Source: a virus (taxonomy: Duplodnaviria; Caudoviricetes). From it: a DNA stretch of 64,000 nucleotides. The stretch covers positions 775 to 64,774 of IMG/VR virus record IMGVR_UViG_3300029911_000025. One strand, 5' to 3'. Shown piece after piece: positions 19,581 through 30,684 of this stretch (the stretch's first letter is position 1; each line of letters begins with the position of its first letter). The position numbers and the translations under genes were made by a program. Under the pieces are notes generated by a model. The model was given only the letters and a program-made list of their open reading frames with translations. It was not told the DNA's origin and did no database searches.

Positions 19581-20333
19581 CTAGCTTCCACGCCCGTACA
19601 GGCTCACAACGGTTCCATTCGTGAAGGCGCTCCCGCTGTCGATAAAGACCGTGACCGACGTCACCGCCGCCGTGCCGGTCCAAACGCCGGAGACCGAGGT
19701 CAGGGCCGAAAAGTTTCCGCCCGCGAGCATCATCGACTTCGGGATCGTCGAGTTCGCGTAGTTCCCGATCGTGACCTCGAAGTGGCTGGGGTTCGGCGCG
19801 TAGCTGGAACCGCTCAGTCCATACCCGGCGAAGTAGGTCTGCGAGGACGCGGCGGCGCTGACGCCGCTTGAAACGGACCGCATGTATTGGAAGAAGTAGT
19901 CGGCGCCGCTGTCCCCGTTTAGCTGGACCGCTAAACTATCGTTCGTCACCGCATGGGTCGACGACCCGTCGACGACGACGACGAGGTCGCGGTAGGCGCC
20001 GGACACGGACGAAAAGGTCACGCTGGTAGCGGCCCCCGACGTTATGGTCTGGCTGATAAATTGCAGGGCCCCCGAGCCGCCGCCGGAGCCACAGGCCGCC
20101 CCGGCGTCGCCCACCTGATTCGCTGAGACGAACTTTGCGCAGTTTCCAGAGCCCGGCGTCCCGCTAACCGTCGGATAAACATTTGCTCCCCCGTCGGTCA
20201 GGGTGTCCGCCGATTGAAGCTGCTGCTGCTGGCCGGTCGGGCCGATGACGAGGGGCTTGCGGTTCGCGGCCTCGGCCTGACCGGCGATCAGCGCGGCGGC
20301 CCATAGGGCGACGAGAGCGAGGCGAGTTCTCAT
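19581..20333 (-). CDS. Virion-associated/fiber-like beta protein with N-terminal signal peptide
   Basis: MRTRLALVALWAAALIAGQAEA signal-like start; Ser/Thr/Gly-rich beta domain ending SLYG. Confidence 0.6.
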   Translation of the reverse strand: MRTRLALVALWAAALIAGQAEAANRKPLVIGPTGQQQQLQSADTLTDGGANVYPTVSGTPGSGNCAKFVSANQVGDAGAACGSGGGSGALQFISQTITSGAATSVTFSSVSGAYRDLVVVVDGSSTHAVTNDSLAVQLNGDSGADYFFQYMRSVSSGVSAAASSQTYFAGYGLSGSSYAPNPSHFEVTIGNYANSTIPKSMMLAGGNFSALTSVSGVWTGTAAVTSVTVFIDSGSAFTNGTVVSLYGRGS

Positions 20334-22993
20334 AGGAGTTGGTCCGGGCCGGGGTTGAACAGGAGGCGGGTGGCGTCGATCGCAGTCCCGACGATTTGCA
20401 AAGCGCCAGAGGAGGGAACCGTCGCCGTCATACCGCCGGAGGTCGAAAGGAAGTAGAGCGCGCCAGGGGTCAGGCCGGACAGGCCGGTGATAATCGCGCC
20501 GGGGAGATAGACCTGCGCGGTAGCGGAGGAGGAAAAGGACCCGAGGACGAAGCCGTTCGCCGGTTTCGAGGCATCGGTCGCATCGGCCAACACAAGACCG
20601 CTGGCCCCGTAGCTAACAAGTTGTCCGGCCGTCAGACTGACTGTAGCTGTTCTACTGACCGTCATCGGAACCGGGGCGAGCGGAGTGGCGTTGGCCCCCG
20701 TCGTGGCCCCCGACGCCCCGGCGGCGTTCGCGGCTTCAAGGAAGTAGGTGTAACCGGCGGCGATAGCGAGCGGCGTATCCGTGTAGGACGTCGCGAGGCC
20801 GGTCCAGATCACCGAGGCCGATCCGAACGACGCGCTAAGGCCCGGCGCGCGGAACAGGGTGTAGGCCGTCACGTTGTCAACTTCCGCATTTGCGGACCAT
20901 GAAAGGGCCGCACCCCCGGCGACTGCTGTCGCTGTGAAGCTCGTCGGAGTTTTAGGGGCGCCCGCCGTCCCAGAACCGTAACCCGCGCCCGTGGGCGTGT
21001 AAGTGTAGACCGTGCAAGTGGAGATATCTTGCACTTGATTGTTGTACGTGTTGAAGCTTTGCAGCTTTATCTTAAGCGCGACCCCTATGTATCCCGCAGG
21101 CAGCGGGAAGGTAAACAGGGAGTCATCAAGACGTCCGTACAGCGCCCCCGTGGTGTGCGCGCCTGCCGTGGTGCCATATTGGCCCCGATACAGGTCTGTG
21201 AGGTCGTATGCGTTCGCTCCAATTAGTGTGACAGTTTCAGGACTAAGAAGTTCAAAGCTGGTGGAGCAGACGCCGTCCTGGATGATACCAACGGTCACAC
21301 CGTTAGCCGCGTCCGCAGCGGTGGAGGCCGAGGCCAACTCACCATTGCTTTCCACGAGACTAACCGCCAGAGTATGCCCCGTATCGGGGTTGGTCCCGCC
21401 GTAACTCGCAAGACTAGCGGTGAGGTATCCTTGGCGCCCAACTGCCGAGATGGTGCCGATCTCAGCATAAGTCGTTCCGCCATCGGTGGAGACATTCACG
21501 AGTGCGCCGCCCCAGTTCGTATCAGAGCCAGAAGCGAGAATGCAAAGAATCGGGACACTAGAGCCGTTGTTCAAGCGCTGCGCAGCCAAGACATTCGGTT
21601 CAAACACAATCGGGTCGTTGGCAGTACCAGGGTTCACTTGCTGATTGCTGTAGGCGCGGCTTCCGCCTTGCGTAGTCTGCCCTATTGGTTGGCCAAGCGT
21701 ACCGGGGAATTCTTCGCATGTAAGCATGAGCGAGCCATCATCCTGCTCTTCAATCTCACGTATGCGAACAGGGTAGTTAACAACTTGAAGGATCGTGTCA
21801 GTGATCATGCCGCAGTCCATAGGCTCAAGCTGTGAGTACTCCGGGCCTACAGTGAAAACGTAGTTTTCGCGCAAGTAAGCCATGCGCTGCTCCAGCAAGC
21901 TGGCGACTTGAAACGCCATCGGTAGATAGCAGATTTCGTGTGCCTGAACCGTAGAACCATAGCGGCGCCCTATGAGCTCGTTCTGGCTTTGGTCTATGAC
22001 GTCGATCGGAACTGGGTCGTAATTTTGAGTGCGGTCCAGAACCTCCAGCGCCAGTGCGTTAGACGCATCAAACCAATCGGTGATGCTGACCAGAACAGGA
22101 TCGGCATCTTTATCTTGTATGTAGTCTTCGTCAGTAAAGTTGAACACCAACGATATGGGCGGCAAGTAGGTCACACCGTTGCCAGTGACCTCGGCGTCAC
22201 CAAACGGAACGAACTTCAGGGAGTACCCGGTCCAGGCGGGCGCCGTGTTAGTTATTTGCAGCCAGCGCGAAATGATGCCGGACGCCACTTCTTGGTTGTT
22301 GATAAACGGTGAAATTCCCCAGCCCATCGCCCGGCAATACGTCTGATATGCGCTGTCGCCCGTAGTGGTGGCGTCGGGACCGGATAGTAGTGAGCCACCG
22401 TCAAACGACGTAGTATCAAGGAACTGCGCGGGGAAGAGCGCGCCGTACTCGGGGTTCGTCAAGAACCGCTGGACTTCTAGCGCACAATCTGCGTCGCCCG
22501 CGCCGGTGTATCCCGTGTTATAGTTCGGGGCTTTGAGTTCAAAGGATGTCTGCGGAACCGTGGGCGTGCTGCCAAGATTGTAGTTCTCTGCTGCCATGTA
22601 GCAGATACCCTGATAACCGAAAGCATCGTTCGGATGCGTGGATACCAAGTACGACCATGGTGATTGCGGTATAGTACCCTCAAAGAATGAAAACCCGGCT
22701 GCAACAAACCCCGAGTAGTATCCTTGGTCCACCCATGTTTTGTCAACGCCGTCGGGGCACGGACCTTCACTCAGCGCCAGGAGTATGGTCGCCGAATAGG
22801 TGTAGGATTGCCCCTTGCCGCCGCCCTTGCCACCGCCCTTGTGGCCGTGAACGGTGTAGTCGGTGTAATAGATCAAGTTAGGTGTCGCGCGCACCAACCC
22901 ACCGGCGTAAGGTACGCAAGTGACCATCGACGATGTTTGGATACTAAGGCCCGAATAGTCAGGGACCGTAGTAGCAGGACCTCTACCTCCCAT
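20330..22993 (-). CDS. Tail tip / central fiber protein (GTA-type phage-tail) with FN3-like domain
   Basis: 887 aa; follows NlpC/P60; LEPMD and L.RG.YGT motifs; FN3-like segment. Confidence 0.8.
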   Translation of the reverse strand: MGGRGPATTVPDYSGLSIQTSSMVTCVPYAGGLVRATPNLIYYTDYTVHGHKGGGKGGGKGQSYTYSATILLALSEGPCPDGVDKTWVDQGYYSGFVAAGFSFFEGTIPQSPWSYLVSTHPNDAFGYQGICYMAAENYNLGSTPTVPQTSFELKAPNYNTGYTGAGDADCALEVQRFLTNPEYGALFPAQFLDTTSFDGGSLLSGPDATTTGDSAYQTYCRAMGWGISPFINNQEVASGIISRWLQITNTAPAWTGYSLKFVPFGDAEVTGNGVTYLPPISLVFNFTDEDYIQDKDADPVLVSITDWFDASNALALEVLDRTQNYDPVPIDVIDQSQNELIGRRYGSTVQAHEICYLPMAFQVASLLEQRMAYLRENYVFTVGPEYSQLEPMDCGMITDTILQVVNYPVRIREIEEQDDGSLMLTCEEFPGTLGQPIGQTTQGGSRAYSNQQVNPGTANDPIVFEPNVLAAQRLNNGSSVPILCILASGSDTNWGGALVNVSTDGGTTYAEIGTISAVGRQGYLTASLASYGGTNPDTGHTLAVSLVESNGELASASTAADAANGVTVGIIQDGVCSTSFELLSPETVTLIGANAYDLTDLYRGQYGTTAGAHTTGALYGRLDDSLFTFPLPAGYIGVALKIKLQSFNTYNNQVQDISTCTVYTYTPTGAGYGSGTAGAPKTPTSFTATAVAGGAALSWSANAEVDNVTAYTLFRAPGLSASFGSASVIWTGLATSYTDTPLAIAAGYTYFLEAANAAGASGATTGANATPLAPVPMTVSRTATVSLTAGQLVSYGASGLVLADATDASKPANGFVLGSFSSSATAQVYLPGAIITGLSGLTPGALYFLSTSGGMTATVPSSGALQIVGTAIDATRLLFNPGPDQLL

Positions 22994-22995
22994 TT

Positions 22996-23475
22996 TCAGC
23001 GCACCCTAAAAGCCCGCATCGGGCGGGGCTTGTTTCCAAATTGTGTCAAGTAAGAAACCATGCTGGTGTCGCTCTTATCTACGAAACCGAAACTGGCGTA
23101 GGCATGGATCACAAACGGCCACTCTGTAACGATGCCGCCGTGGCTGAAACTTTTACCGAACCGCCACACGACGATGTCCGCAGGCTGGATAGGTTCTTCG
23201 TGCCAGTCATACTCTTCGGTGTATTGCAGTATGAACGACAAATAGCGCTCTTCGCCATTGTGCATCATCCAGTCGCGGCCATACTTGCCGGTGGAGAACC
23301 ATTCGAGCGCGCCGACCGCAGCGTATGTTTCGATGAGTATTTGCGCGCAGTCTATGCCTACGCCCTTTAGCTGGCGGCCCGGTCGTTGCTCGCCGTCGCC
23401 CATGTGGTGATAGGGCGTTCTTAGCCAAGTGTGCGCCTCGGCTACAGCGGCGGCACGCAACTCCGGCGACATCAC
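22996..23475 (-). CDS. NlpC/P60 tail-associated peptidase
   Basis: WL.TPYHH, G.GIDC, SHGGI and IHA. Confidence 0.9.
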   Translation of the reverse strand: MMSPELRAAAVAEAHTWLRTPYHHMGDGEQRPGRQLKGVGIDCAQILIETYAAVGALEWFSTGKYGRDWMMHNGEERYLSFILQYTEEYDWHEEPIQPADIVVWRFGKSFSHGGIVTEWPFVIHAYASFGFVDKSDTSMVSYLTQFGNKPRPMRAFRVR

Positions 23476-24473
23476 AGGCCCATCTCCGCTTGTGGCACGC
23501 GCGGCGTGGCGCGAAACGAACTTTGGCGGCTGAAATAGATACAGTCGCTGACCGACCCTGACGCCAGCGGATCAGCACGGTTACAGCCCGGATAAGCTTT
23601 GAACGTGTCCCCCGCCAGTGGCGCCGTCGTGAACGGGTACGTAAGATAGATATTCGTTCCGTCGTAGGCCCTGATGGTGCGCGTTTGGTTTACCGCTGGG
23701 CCGCTCTCCATGAATATCTCGCCGTTGGCAAACGGGATACTCCCAGGTACGCCACCGCTCCAGGGAATAACGCTGGCGGACGGCCCCGTGCCCACCGTGC
23801 CGCTTTGCGCGAATGAGGACTTAACGGCGCCGCATGAACCAGAGTAGACGGTGTACGTGCAGTTCGGCTGAAACAGATTACGCGGCATTTGGATGTCTAG
23901 CATCACCAGCGCCGATTTGACTTTGTGAAGAACTTGCGTGCGACCAAGCTGGTCTATAGAGCTGGCGTACCCGTAGAACATCGGCATACCGCCAACCGGC
24001 GTGGGAAGGCCCGTCGGCGTAAGAATATCCGGGTCAAAGAACCAACGATCTCGTTGAACAACCGCGCCATCAAACGCGCGCTGGCGTACGGCCACCAGAA
24101 ACGGAACACCGGCAATGGTGGACGGAACAGCCGAGTTTAGGTTGGGGGTGAGCATCATCGATTGTTGGTCGACTTCAATGGCGCTTGTTGGGTCATTGCC
24201 TGAACCAGATTGGCCCGAAGTGGCTTTGAATTTGAGCGACCCCTTGTCGATACCTATATCATTCGATATGTAGGTGGTGTTTCCTGTGCCGTCGCATGCG
24301 GGCACGGTGAAATCGTACTGGTTCGACGTCAAGAACAAGTTGTACCCCTGCCATTGCTGGTAAGCCATGCGTATCGTGATGGCTTCAGCAAACGGCACAC
24401 TGAATGGGCGCCGTGCCATGAGCGCGTTGAAATCACCAGTGGTGAACCCCGCGTTAAGTGTGACCGGGCGCAT
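23472..24473 (-). CDS. Tail hub protein (DUF2163/BR0599-like)
   Basis: FDGA, C.....SG.C, GD.F..YPGC and C...F.F motifs. Confidence 0.8.
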   Translation of the reverse strand: MRPVTLNAGFTTGDFNALMARRPFSVPFAEAITIRMAYQQWQGYNLFLTSNQYDFTVPACDGTGNTTYISNDIGIDKGSLKFKATSGQSGSGNDPTSAIEVDQQSMMLTPNLNSAVPSTIAGVPFLVAVRQRAFDGAVVQRDRWFFDPDILTPTGLPTPVGGMPMFYGYASSIDQLGRTQVLHKVKSALVMLDIQMPRNLFQPNCTYTVYSGSCGAVKSSFAQSGTVGTGPSASVIPWSGGVPGSIPFANGEIFMESGPAVNQTRTIRAYDGTNIYLTYPFTTAPLAGDTFKAYPGCNRADPLASGSVSDCIYFSRQSSFRATPRVPQAEMGL

Positions 24474-25792
24474 TAGCTAACCTCACTAGAGAACGTGACT
24501 TTCTGTAGTTCGTACAGGCGCTGAGCGAACTCGTTGGTTTCCAGCTTGTCGTCATCAAAGCGACACACGAAGTAATAGTCAAAGTCGGCTGTGACCACCA
24601 CACCAGAGGCGGGCGCCGTGGCGAACACAATCTGGTTCGGCAGCGTAATAGAGACTTCGCTCGCTTGGTACAAGTGCTGATACGAGATCACCATTGATTG
24701 CCCGGCCTGCGCCACATTGAACGTGTAGACGCCCGCCGCGCTTACCGCGTATTGGTTTGACGCTGGCGTGCCAGAAACCTTTGTGAGCGCCGTGCCAGAA
24801 TGTGTGACGCCATAGTCTTGAACGAAGCCCGTGGTATCCGGCGTCAACGTATATGGGCCGGAACCGGGCACTGACAGCGTGGCAGTGCGCGCGCCGTACA
24901 CGCCAAAGCCCTTGGCAAGCGCTAGGGTGCCCGTGCCCTGCGTTGTAAGAGTCACGTAGACCCCGGCAAGCGCGTTGGGGCTGGTAGTAGCCAGCCGCAC
25001 CGTGTTAGCGTCTACAACGATCACCCAGTAAGCGGTGTTGGCAGCCGCACCGGACGGCAAAGTACCAGACGACGATAAGAACATCGGCCCTTGGCCATTG
25101 GTGAACCCATGGCCCGCTATCGTTACCTCAGAGTTTGACGTATTGACAGCGGTATACGCGAAGCTGGCGAGCGTCGTGAAATCTACTTGCCCAACGGGCT
25201 CCAACACCGTGCCCATGACAGCGGCGAAGAACGGCCACTGAAGAGTCACACCATCGCCGGTAGTAATGGAACCACCGACCACGTGATAGTCGTCCGGGTC
25301 TTGATATAGGAACGTGTACGCGCCGCCCGCAGTGTTCTTGAACAAGTCAATGATGGACTGCACGGAGTCCAAAGTATTGTTCATGCCTGACAAGTAGCGT
25401 GTGTCCGGCATAACTTCATAGTCAAGTTCGAAATTCCAGCGGGGGTAGACCATAAATGGCGTGACCGCACGCCGCCCCGTCGTCATTTCACGACGCGCGT
25501 TGTTGTAAGAGGGATTTTTCGCGCGGTCCCACTTCATACCGCCGCGCAAACTTGGAAAGCGTAATGTCGCCACAGGCAGAGGTCCTTGTGTTGGGCAGAG
25601 CACTTCTATACACATAAGCGCAACGCGGAGATGGGGGTAGCCAGCCGTCAAAGAATCAATGACGACAAGAGAATCCCTTAGATGAGGGTAGCCCTTGGTA
25701 AGAGATTCTGTGATAACAAGAGAATCACGCGCGTTCGGAGAACCTTTAGTCAGAGACTCCGTGACAACTAAGGTATCGCGGGTTTTCGCCAT
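24473..25792 (-). CDS. Distal tail protein (DUF2460-like) with inserted domains and N-terminal 17-aa repeats
   Basis: FLYQDPDD, GDG...W, F.TAP..G..VTADF.Y...CRFD; repeats of RDSLV.TESLTKG.P. Confidence 0.8.
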   Translation of the reverse strand: MAKTRDTLVVTESLTKGSPNARDSLVITESLTKGYPHLRDSLVVIDSLTAGYPHLRVALMCIEVLCPTQGPLPVATLRFPSLRGGMKWDRAKNPSYNNARREMTTGRRAVTPFMVYPRWNFELDYEVMPDTRYLSGMNNTLDSVQSIIDLFKNTAGGAYTFLYQDPDDYHVVGGSITTGDGVTLQWPFFAAVMGTVLEPVGQVDFTTLASFAYTAVNTSNSEVTIAGHGFTNGQGPMFLSSSGTLPSGAAANTAYWVIVVDANTVRLATTSPNALAGVYVTLTTQGTGTLALAKGFGVYGARTATLSVPGSGPYTLTPDTTGFVQDYGVTHSGTALTKVSGTPASNQYAVSAAGVYTFNVAQAGQSMVISYQHLYQASEVSITLPNQIVFATAPASGVVVTADFDYYFVCRFDDDKLETNEFAQRLYELQKVTFSSEVS

Positions 25793-26880
25793 CAGCCTAT
25801 CGAAATGATTTTCGGCCCCGCCTGTAGGGCGTTGATCTCAGATTGCGTCCAACCCGCGCTGGTATTTGGATCAAGTTCCCATATGTCTATATCAAAAGTG
25901 TAAGTTTCATAGAGTGAGTAGTTTGCCCCGGTGTAGTTTGTTCCGCCAGTGCGTAGAACATTCACTACGACAATCTCAGTAGCATCGTCCTGCCTGTAGC
26001 CGCCGCGCACTTGCACCCCATACGCCAGCGGCGCATTGACGGTGGCGCCCATGGCGTAGAGGTCGAGATCACCAACAGTTCCGTCATAATTGTAGGTGGT
26101 ATCGTTCAAGTTCGTATTTGACGCGGCTTGCCAATTCGTCGACGCTCCGACAGCGGTGAAATCTGTTGTGGCGCCTGCACCGGCCGGAAACTGCGTCTGC
26201 ACCCGGACGTTTCCGAGGAAGCTGTTATTCACCGACCCCGTCAGGTCGAGGAAGTAGAAGTCGTCGATCTGATAGCTAGTTGGCGCGCTCGTCAGTTGTG
26301 GTGCGAACAATATGGAGTCGAAGTAGGCGTGCCCGGTCACCTGCGTCACGCTTCCGGTTATGGAGAAGACGGCCACTCCATTGATCTTCGCAATCAGGCT
26401 CCCCGACGTTGCCGAGATCACGGCCTCGACCTCGAAATAAAACCATCCGCCGGAGACGAAGGTCCCGATCGGCGCTGTTGCGAGGAGCGTCCCGCTTCCC
26501 GGTGCCCCGCACCATACGTTCATTATTCCGTATTCATGGAAGGAGACGGAACACTGCGCGGCGTTGGCGGAGGAATCGAAGAACGCGATGTAGAAGGGCG
26601 CAACCAGCGCCGGGCCGATCTGCAAGGCCACGCCGACGACGCCGGAGACGCATGTCGAGCCAGGGATCTTTCTTAGAATGTTCGGCGGATTGGGACTTGA
26701 AGCCTGCTGATTGATCTCTAGACAGGTCCCCCCGAAGCGCCCGTTATAGGAACCGGGAACCGAGTAGCCGCTCCCACCGGGCTGGAAATACCAGCCGCCC
26801 GCTAGGAGCATTTGCGCCACAAGGGCGAAGGACGCCCCCGGCGGAATATAGTCGAATCCGTCAATTATACGGAGTGCCAT
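25792..26880 (-). CDS. Virion structural protein (lectin-like beta sandwich)
   Basis: Follows the tape measure gene; DGFD start, IDDFY and W...N.L.AG end. Confidence 0.65.
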   Translation of the reverse strand: MALRIIDGFDYIPPGASFALVAQMLLAGGWYFQPGGSGYSVPGSYNGRFGGTCLEINQQASSPNPPNILRKIPGSTCVSGVVGVALQIGPALVAPFYIAFFDSSANAAQCSVSFHEYGIMNVWCGAPGSGTLLATAPIGTFVSGGWFYFEVEAVISATSGSLIAKINGVAVFSITGSVTQVTGHAYFDSILFAPQLTSAPTSYQIDDFYFLDLTGSVNNSFLGNVRVQTQFPAGAGATTDFTAVGASTNWQAASNTNLNDTTYNYDGTVGDLDLYAMGATVNAPLAYGVQVRGGYRQDDATEIVVVNVLRTGGTNYTGANYSLYETYTFDIDIWELDPNTSAGWTQSEINALQAGPKIISIG

Positions 26881-26883
26881 GGC

Positions 26884-29800
26884 CTATGCCCCCGCATACG
26901 CGAATTTCCCATTGCGGTGCATTCCCTTTAGAAGTTTCGAAAAGTGAGTCTGCGCGCCTTCTAGTGCCTTCACCACTTTGCGGCCATCCATGTCTCCGCC
27001 GCCAGCACCATGGATATGGACCCCAAAATCCCCATGGAAGTCGCCACCACGGCTAGAGCGGTTGCCACCCGTCAGCGCGTTCATTATCGCCGTGTTGTCG
27101 GCTTTTGGCATGATACGTTCACCTTCGTGGATTTGCTGCACCATGTCACTCGGCACGTAGTTCGTACCTGTGGCGGCGCCCGCCAGCGCGGCAAAGCCAA
27201 GGGCATTGGCCGCCATAGCCTGCCCAAACGCGGGCGCTCCTAGGTCGATGGGGAAGGGAGCGCCCGCCATACTGGCTACGCCCGCCGCCCCGGCCACACC
27301 GGCATAGGATATCACCTGAGACTCGGCCGCCGTGCTTTGGGCCGCCTTGGCGACAACGAGGTTGACGATCCACTGCTCAACCATTTTCTCAATGGCGTTG
27401 ATGACCATCGAGATGGCTTGGCTTTCAATATCTTTTAGCACTTGGCCCCAAGACTTTGTACCTTCGATCAAGCCCTTGATCTCGTCGCCGGTGAACTTCA
27501 CCATGGGGTCGATCTTGGCGTGCCAAGCCTGTTGGATCGCTTGGGCGCTGGCGGCGTCCTGGTTCACCATTTGCGCCATCATCTGGCGATGCTTATTGGC
27601 GAACTCTAAGTCAGCCTGCTCCTTCGCCTTCACGGCTTTTGTGTAGGCGTCGGTTCCCTTTTGGGCGGTGTCGATATCATGCTGAAGAAGTATATCGTCC
27701 AGCGCTTTTTCTTTGTCCAAATCCGCCAAGTCTTGCTGCATCACCTGATGCTTCATGGCCGCTATCTGCTCTTCGGCCTTTATCTCCGCAAGCGGGTTTC
27801 CCGAATACTTGGCCTTGTACTGAATTTGGGACTCTGCTTCGCGTTCGTTTTCTTTGCGGATGGCCGCCGTGGTGGCCATGGTCTGCTTGAGTTCTTCTAT
27901 GGTCCTCGCCGCTTCACGACGTTGGATCTCCTGCATAGTTTTTTGGTGTTCGCGCTCAGCATCTTCGATTTTTCGCAGTTGGTCTTGGTACGCCTTGGCG
28001 TTGGCATCGCCTTTGTATGTCTTCAGAATATAGTCGGCTTCGGCCTGTAGATCAGCGCGGTACTTTTCCCAGTGGTCCTTGTCAGCGCTTGCTTGGCGTT
28101 CAAGCCCAGCCAAGTACTCATCATAGGCTTGGTGCGCCAGAGACTTTTGCAGATCAAAGATCTTAGACTGGACATCGAGCCAGTCTTTGGACCCAGCTTT
28201 TACAAGCGCAAGTTTAGACCGCCAGAAGATCAGTTCATCGGCCGTATTATCTCTAAAGAAGTTTTTGCTCGCGATTTCTTGAGCGTGGAGCTGTTCTTCC
28301 CACTCTGATACGATACTTGGCCCCTTGGGGCCTTTTTCGGTTGGGCCAAGCAGATTTTTGGGCGGCGGCCCTTGCGGCGGTGCCTTGGGCTCGGCGGCCA
28401 TCTTATCCTCGTCTTTGGCGCGATCAGCGCCGCCGAGTTGCTTAAGATGCTCAAGCAAACCAATCAAACTGCTGAACGGGTTCATCATCCGTTCAACTTG
28501 CTTCCCAATTTCTTTGAGTGTGTCAAGAAGACCAGTCGGCTTTATACCGAGCAGACGCTCAATATCTTCGACGGGCTTGTACAGCTTCTCCATTTTGCCA
28601 GTGAAGTCTTCAACGACATGGATCACATTGTTAATCGCGGTAGCCGTGTCATGCACGCCGCGCACAACATCGGCAAAATCGCGACCAAGATGGGCTATGA
28701 TCTGCCCCGCGCCCGCCGCAATGGGCGCCAGCGTTATGAACGCCGAGCGCAGTTCGCCATCAATTATGGTCTTCCATTCCCGCATTTTGTCAGCGGCTTT
28801 GGAGCTCGTTTCAATAACGTCGGCCGGTATGATGACGCCGTACTCGTGGGCTTCTGCGATTAGCCCAGCAATGGCGTTCTTGTGGTCGATCAATGACTGA
28901 ATAACTTCGGGGTCGACCTTGAGGCGCTTTTCAGCAGCCTCGCGCTCTTGCACGTTCATCTTAGACAAAGCGTCGACTATTTGGGGAATTTGTGTACCGA
29001 GATCACCCCAACCCCTGAGTTGCTCGGGGGTTATGTTGAGTTCGTCTTTGAATATCTTGGTGACTTGGCGCGCGCGCGTACCTCCTGCCTCGATTTGGCC
29101 GATGACGGTGTTCAAGCCAGAGAGGCTCTTTTCACCTTTCGCGACGTCTATACCCAAGCTTTGAAACACAAAGTCAAATTCTTGGAGTTTTGTGGTGGTG
29201 AGCCCGAGGGTGTCGGCAGTGCGCTTTAGCTTTTCAGCCCACTCTGCGTCCTTGGTTGCTTCATGCATGGCAGCGCCAAACGCCACAAGCGCCGCGATGG
29301 TCCCCGCCACGGCCACGCCCACTCCAGAGAACGCGTACTTCATAAGGTCAAGGCGCGTAGCCTCAACGGCGGTGGCGCTAGCCAGCCGCCCCACGTTGCC
29401 TGTCAGTATGGCACGCGCCGCCGCTTCGCCCTCGTACACCGAACGGCCTGAAGTCAACTTCTTGAAGAAGGCCTCTTTAGCCGTGGTCTCAGCATTCTGG
29501 GCAACCGTGTTGGCGATGACTTCGCCGGTTTCTAGCTTCGTGGCTTCGCCAGACTTTAGAAGCGCAATGACTTTTCGATTGTACGCGTTTGTCGCCTGCG
29601 CAACCGCCGCCGCGTTTTCTTCTTCTGTGATATTTCCGGCTTTTAGCTGCTCATTGGCCGCCTTGGTGGCCGCCGCTAGCCGCGCTTGGGCGGCGTAGAG
29701 CGGCACAGAGGTCACTACCTTCTCAGTAGCAACCTTCTCAGCAGCGGCGGCCTTGGCCACTTCCACTTCGCCAGCCTTCTCGGCCTTATAGCTGAGAGAC

Positions 29801-30420
29801 GCGGCCTTTTCTTCCGCTAGTATGGCCGCTAGCGCAGCGGCGTCAGCGTCGGCGGTTTCTTTAGCAGCGCTTTTAGAAACGGCGGCCTCTTCAGACGCAC
29901 GTTGTTTATTCATACGCTGGCGAAACGCCAGTGTAGTCGCAGCCGTGGCTTCTTCGTCTTGCGCTGCGGCTTTGGAGGCGGCGGCTTCTTCGGCAAATTG
30001 TTGCTTGGTCAGCCGTTGTTGCAGTGCGAAGTTAGCCGCGCCAGCGGCGACATCTTCGCTTCCGCGTTGCTTTGTCATCGCCATGCGAACGGCGAGTTGC
30101 TCTTGCTCTGCTTTTGTGAGCTGAATGCGCGCGAGTACTTCAGACTCCACGGCCCTAACGGAAGCCGCACTGTCGACTTGTTGCTGCGCGGCCAAGGCCC
30201 GATTGAGCCCGGCCATGAATTCTATACCGGCAGCATTTTTGGAGACAGTGCTACCGAGTTCACCGAGCGTGGCCTGCCCGCTGACAATCAGGTCAAAGTA
30301 TTTCTTTTGCGCCTGCGTCAAGTCGGCAATCGCCGCCTTCGCCGTAGCGGTAGCCGCTGCGAGCGAAGGGTCGATTACACCGCCGATATGAACTTCAACG
30401 TCGTCGTTGTTGTTTGCCAC
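26884..30420 (-). CDS. Tail tape measure protein
   Basis: 1178 aa, Ala-rich helical, C-terminal G..YVP.DM...IH.GE; follows the chaperones. Confidence 0.9.
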   Translation of the reverse strand: MANNNDDVEVHIGGVIDPSLAAATATAKAAIADLTQAQKKYFDLIVSGQATLGELGSTVSKNAAGIEFMAGLNRALAAQQQVDSAASVRAVESEVLARIQLTKAEQEQLAVRMAMTKQRGSEDVAAGAANFALQQRLTKQQFAEEAAASKAAAQDEEATAATTLAFRQRMNKQRASEEAAVSKSAAKETADADAAALAAILAEEKAASLSYKAEKAGEVEVAKAAAAEKVATEKVVTSVPLYAAQARLAAATKAANEQLKAGNITEEENAAAVAQATNAYNRKVIALLKSGEATKLETGEVIANTVAQNAETTAKEAFFKKLTSGRSVYEGEAAARAILTGNVGRLASATAVEATRLDLMKYAFSGVGVAVAGTIAALVAFGAAMHEATKDAEWAEKLKRTADTLGLTTTKLQEFDFVFQSLGIDVAKGEKSLSGLNTVIGQIEAGGTRARQVTKIFKDELNITPEQLRGWGDLGTQIPQIVDALSKMNVQEREAAEKRLKVDPEVIQSLIDHKNAIAGLIAEAHEYGVIIPADVIETSSKAADKMREWKTIIDGELRSAFITLAPIAAGAGQIIAHLGRDFADVVRGVHDTATAINNVIHVVEDFTGKMEKLYKPVEDIERLLGIKPTGLLDTLKEIGKQVERMMNPFSSLIGLLEHLKQLGGADRAKDEDKMAAEPKAPPQGPPPKNLLGPTEKGPKGPSIVSEWEEQLHAQEIASKNFFRDNTADELIFWRSKLALVKAGSKDWLDVQSKIFDLQKSLAHQAYDEYLAGLERQASADKDHWEKYRADLQAEADYILKTYKGDANAKAYQDQLRKIEDAEREHQKTMQEIQRREAARTIEELKQTMATTAAIRKENEREAESQIQYKAKYSGNPLAEIKAEEQIAAMKHQVMQQDLADLDKEKALDDILLQHDIDTAQKGTDAYTKAVKAKEQADLEFANKHRQMMAQMVNQDAASAQAIQQAWHAKIDPMVKFTGDEIKGLIEGTKSWGQVLKDIESQAISMVINAIEKMVEQWIVNLVVAKAAQSTAAESQVISYAGVAGAAGVASMAGAPFPIDLGAPAFGQAMAANALGFAALAGAATGTNYVPSDMVQQIHEGERIMPKADNTAIMNALTGGNRSSRGGDFHGDFGVHIHGAGGGDMDGRKVVKALEGAQTHFSKLLKGMHRNGKFAYAGA

Positions 30421-30684
30421 TTAAGCCTCGTAGTCTGGAAGTTCTTGCCCGTACTCTTCTGTCTCTTCCACTTCATCGCCAGGACGATCGTACCCAAAGT
30501 AATCCGCAACAAACTCATCCGCTGGCGGGCACCGCAGCAGTTCTCGACCATATATGTCGGCCCAGTCATGCAGCGTACCGTGATCCAGCCAGTACTCCTT
30601 AGTCTGACCAAAGAACCGGATGAGTTTTCCCAGTATGCGGTTGAAGTCTATGTCGGGGGCTCTTCCGTCCCCAGAGTTTCCCCC
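30421..30684 (-). CDS. Tail assembly chaperone, frameshift extension (gpGT-like)
   Basis: Open -1 frame overlapping the end of the upstream chaperone. Confidence 0.65.
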   Translation of the reverse strand, partial: GGNSGDGRAPDIDFNRILGKLIRFFGQTKEYWLDHGTLHDWADIYGRELLRCPPADEFVADYFGYDRPGDEVEETEEYGQELPDYEA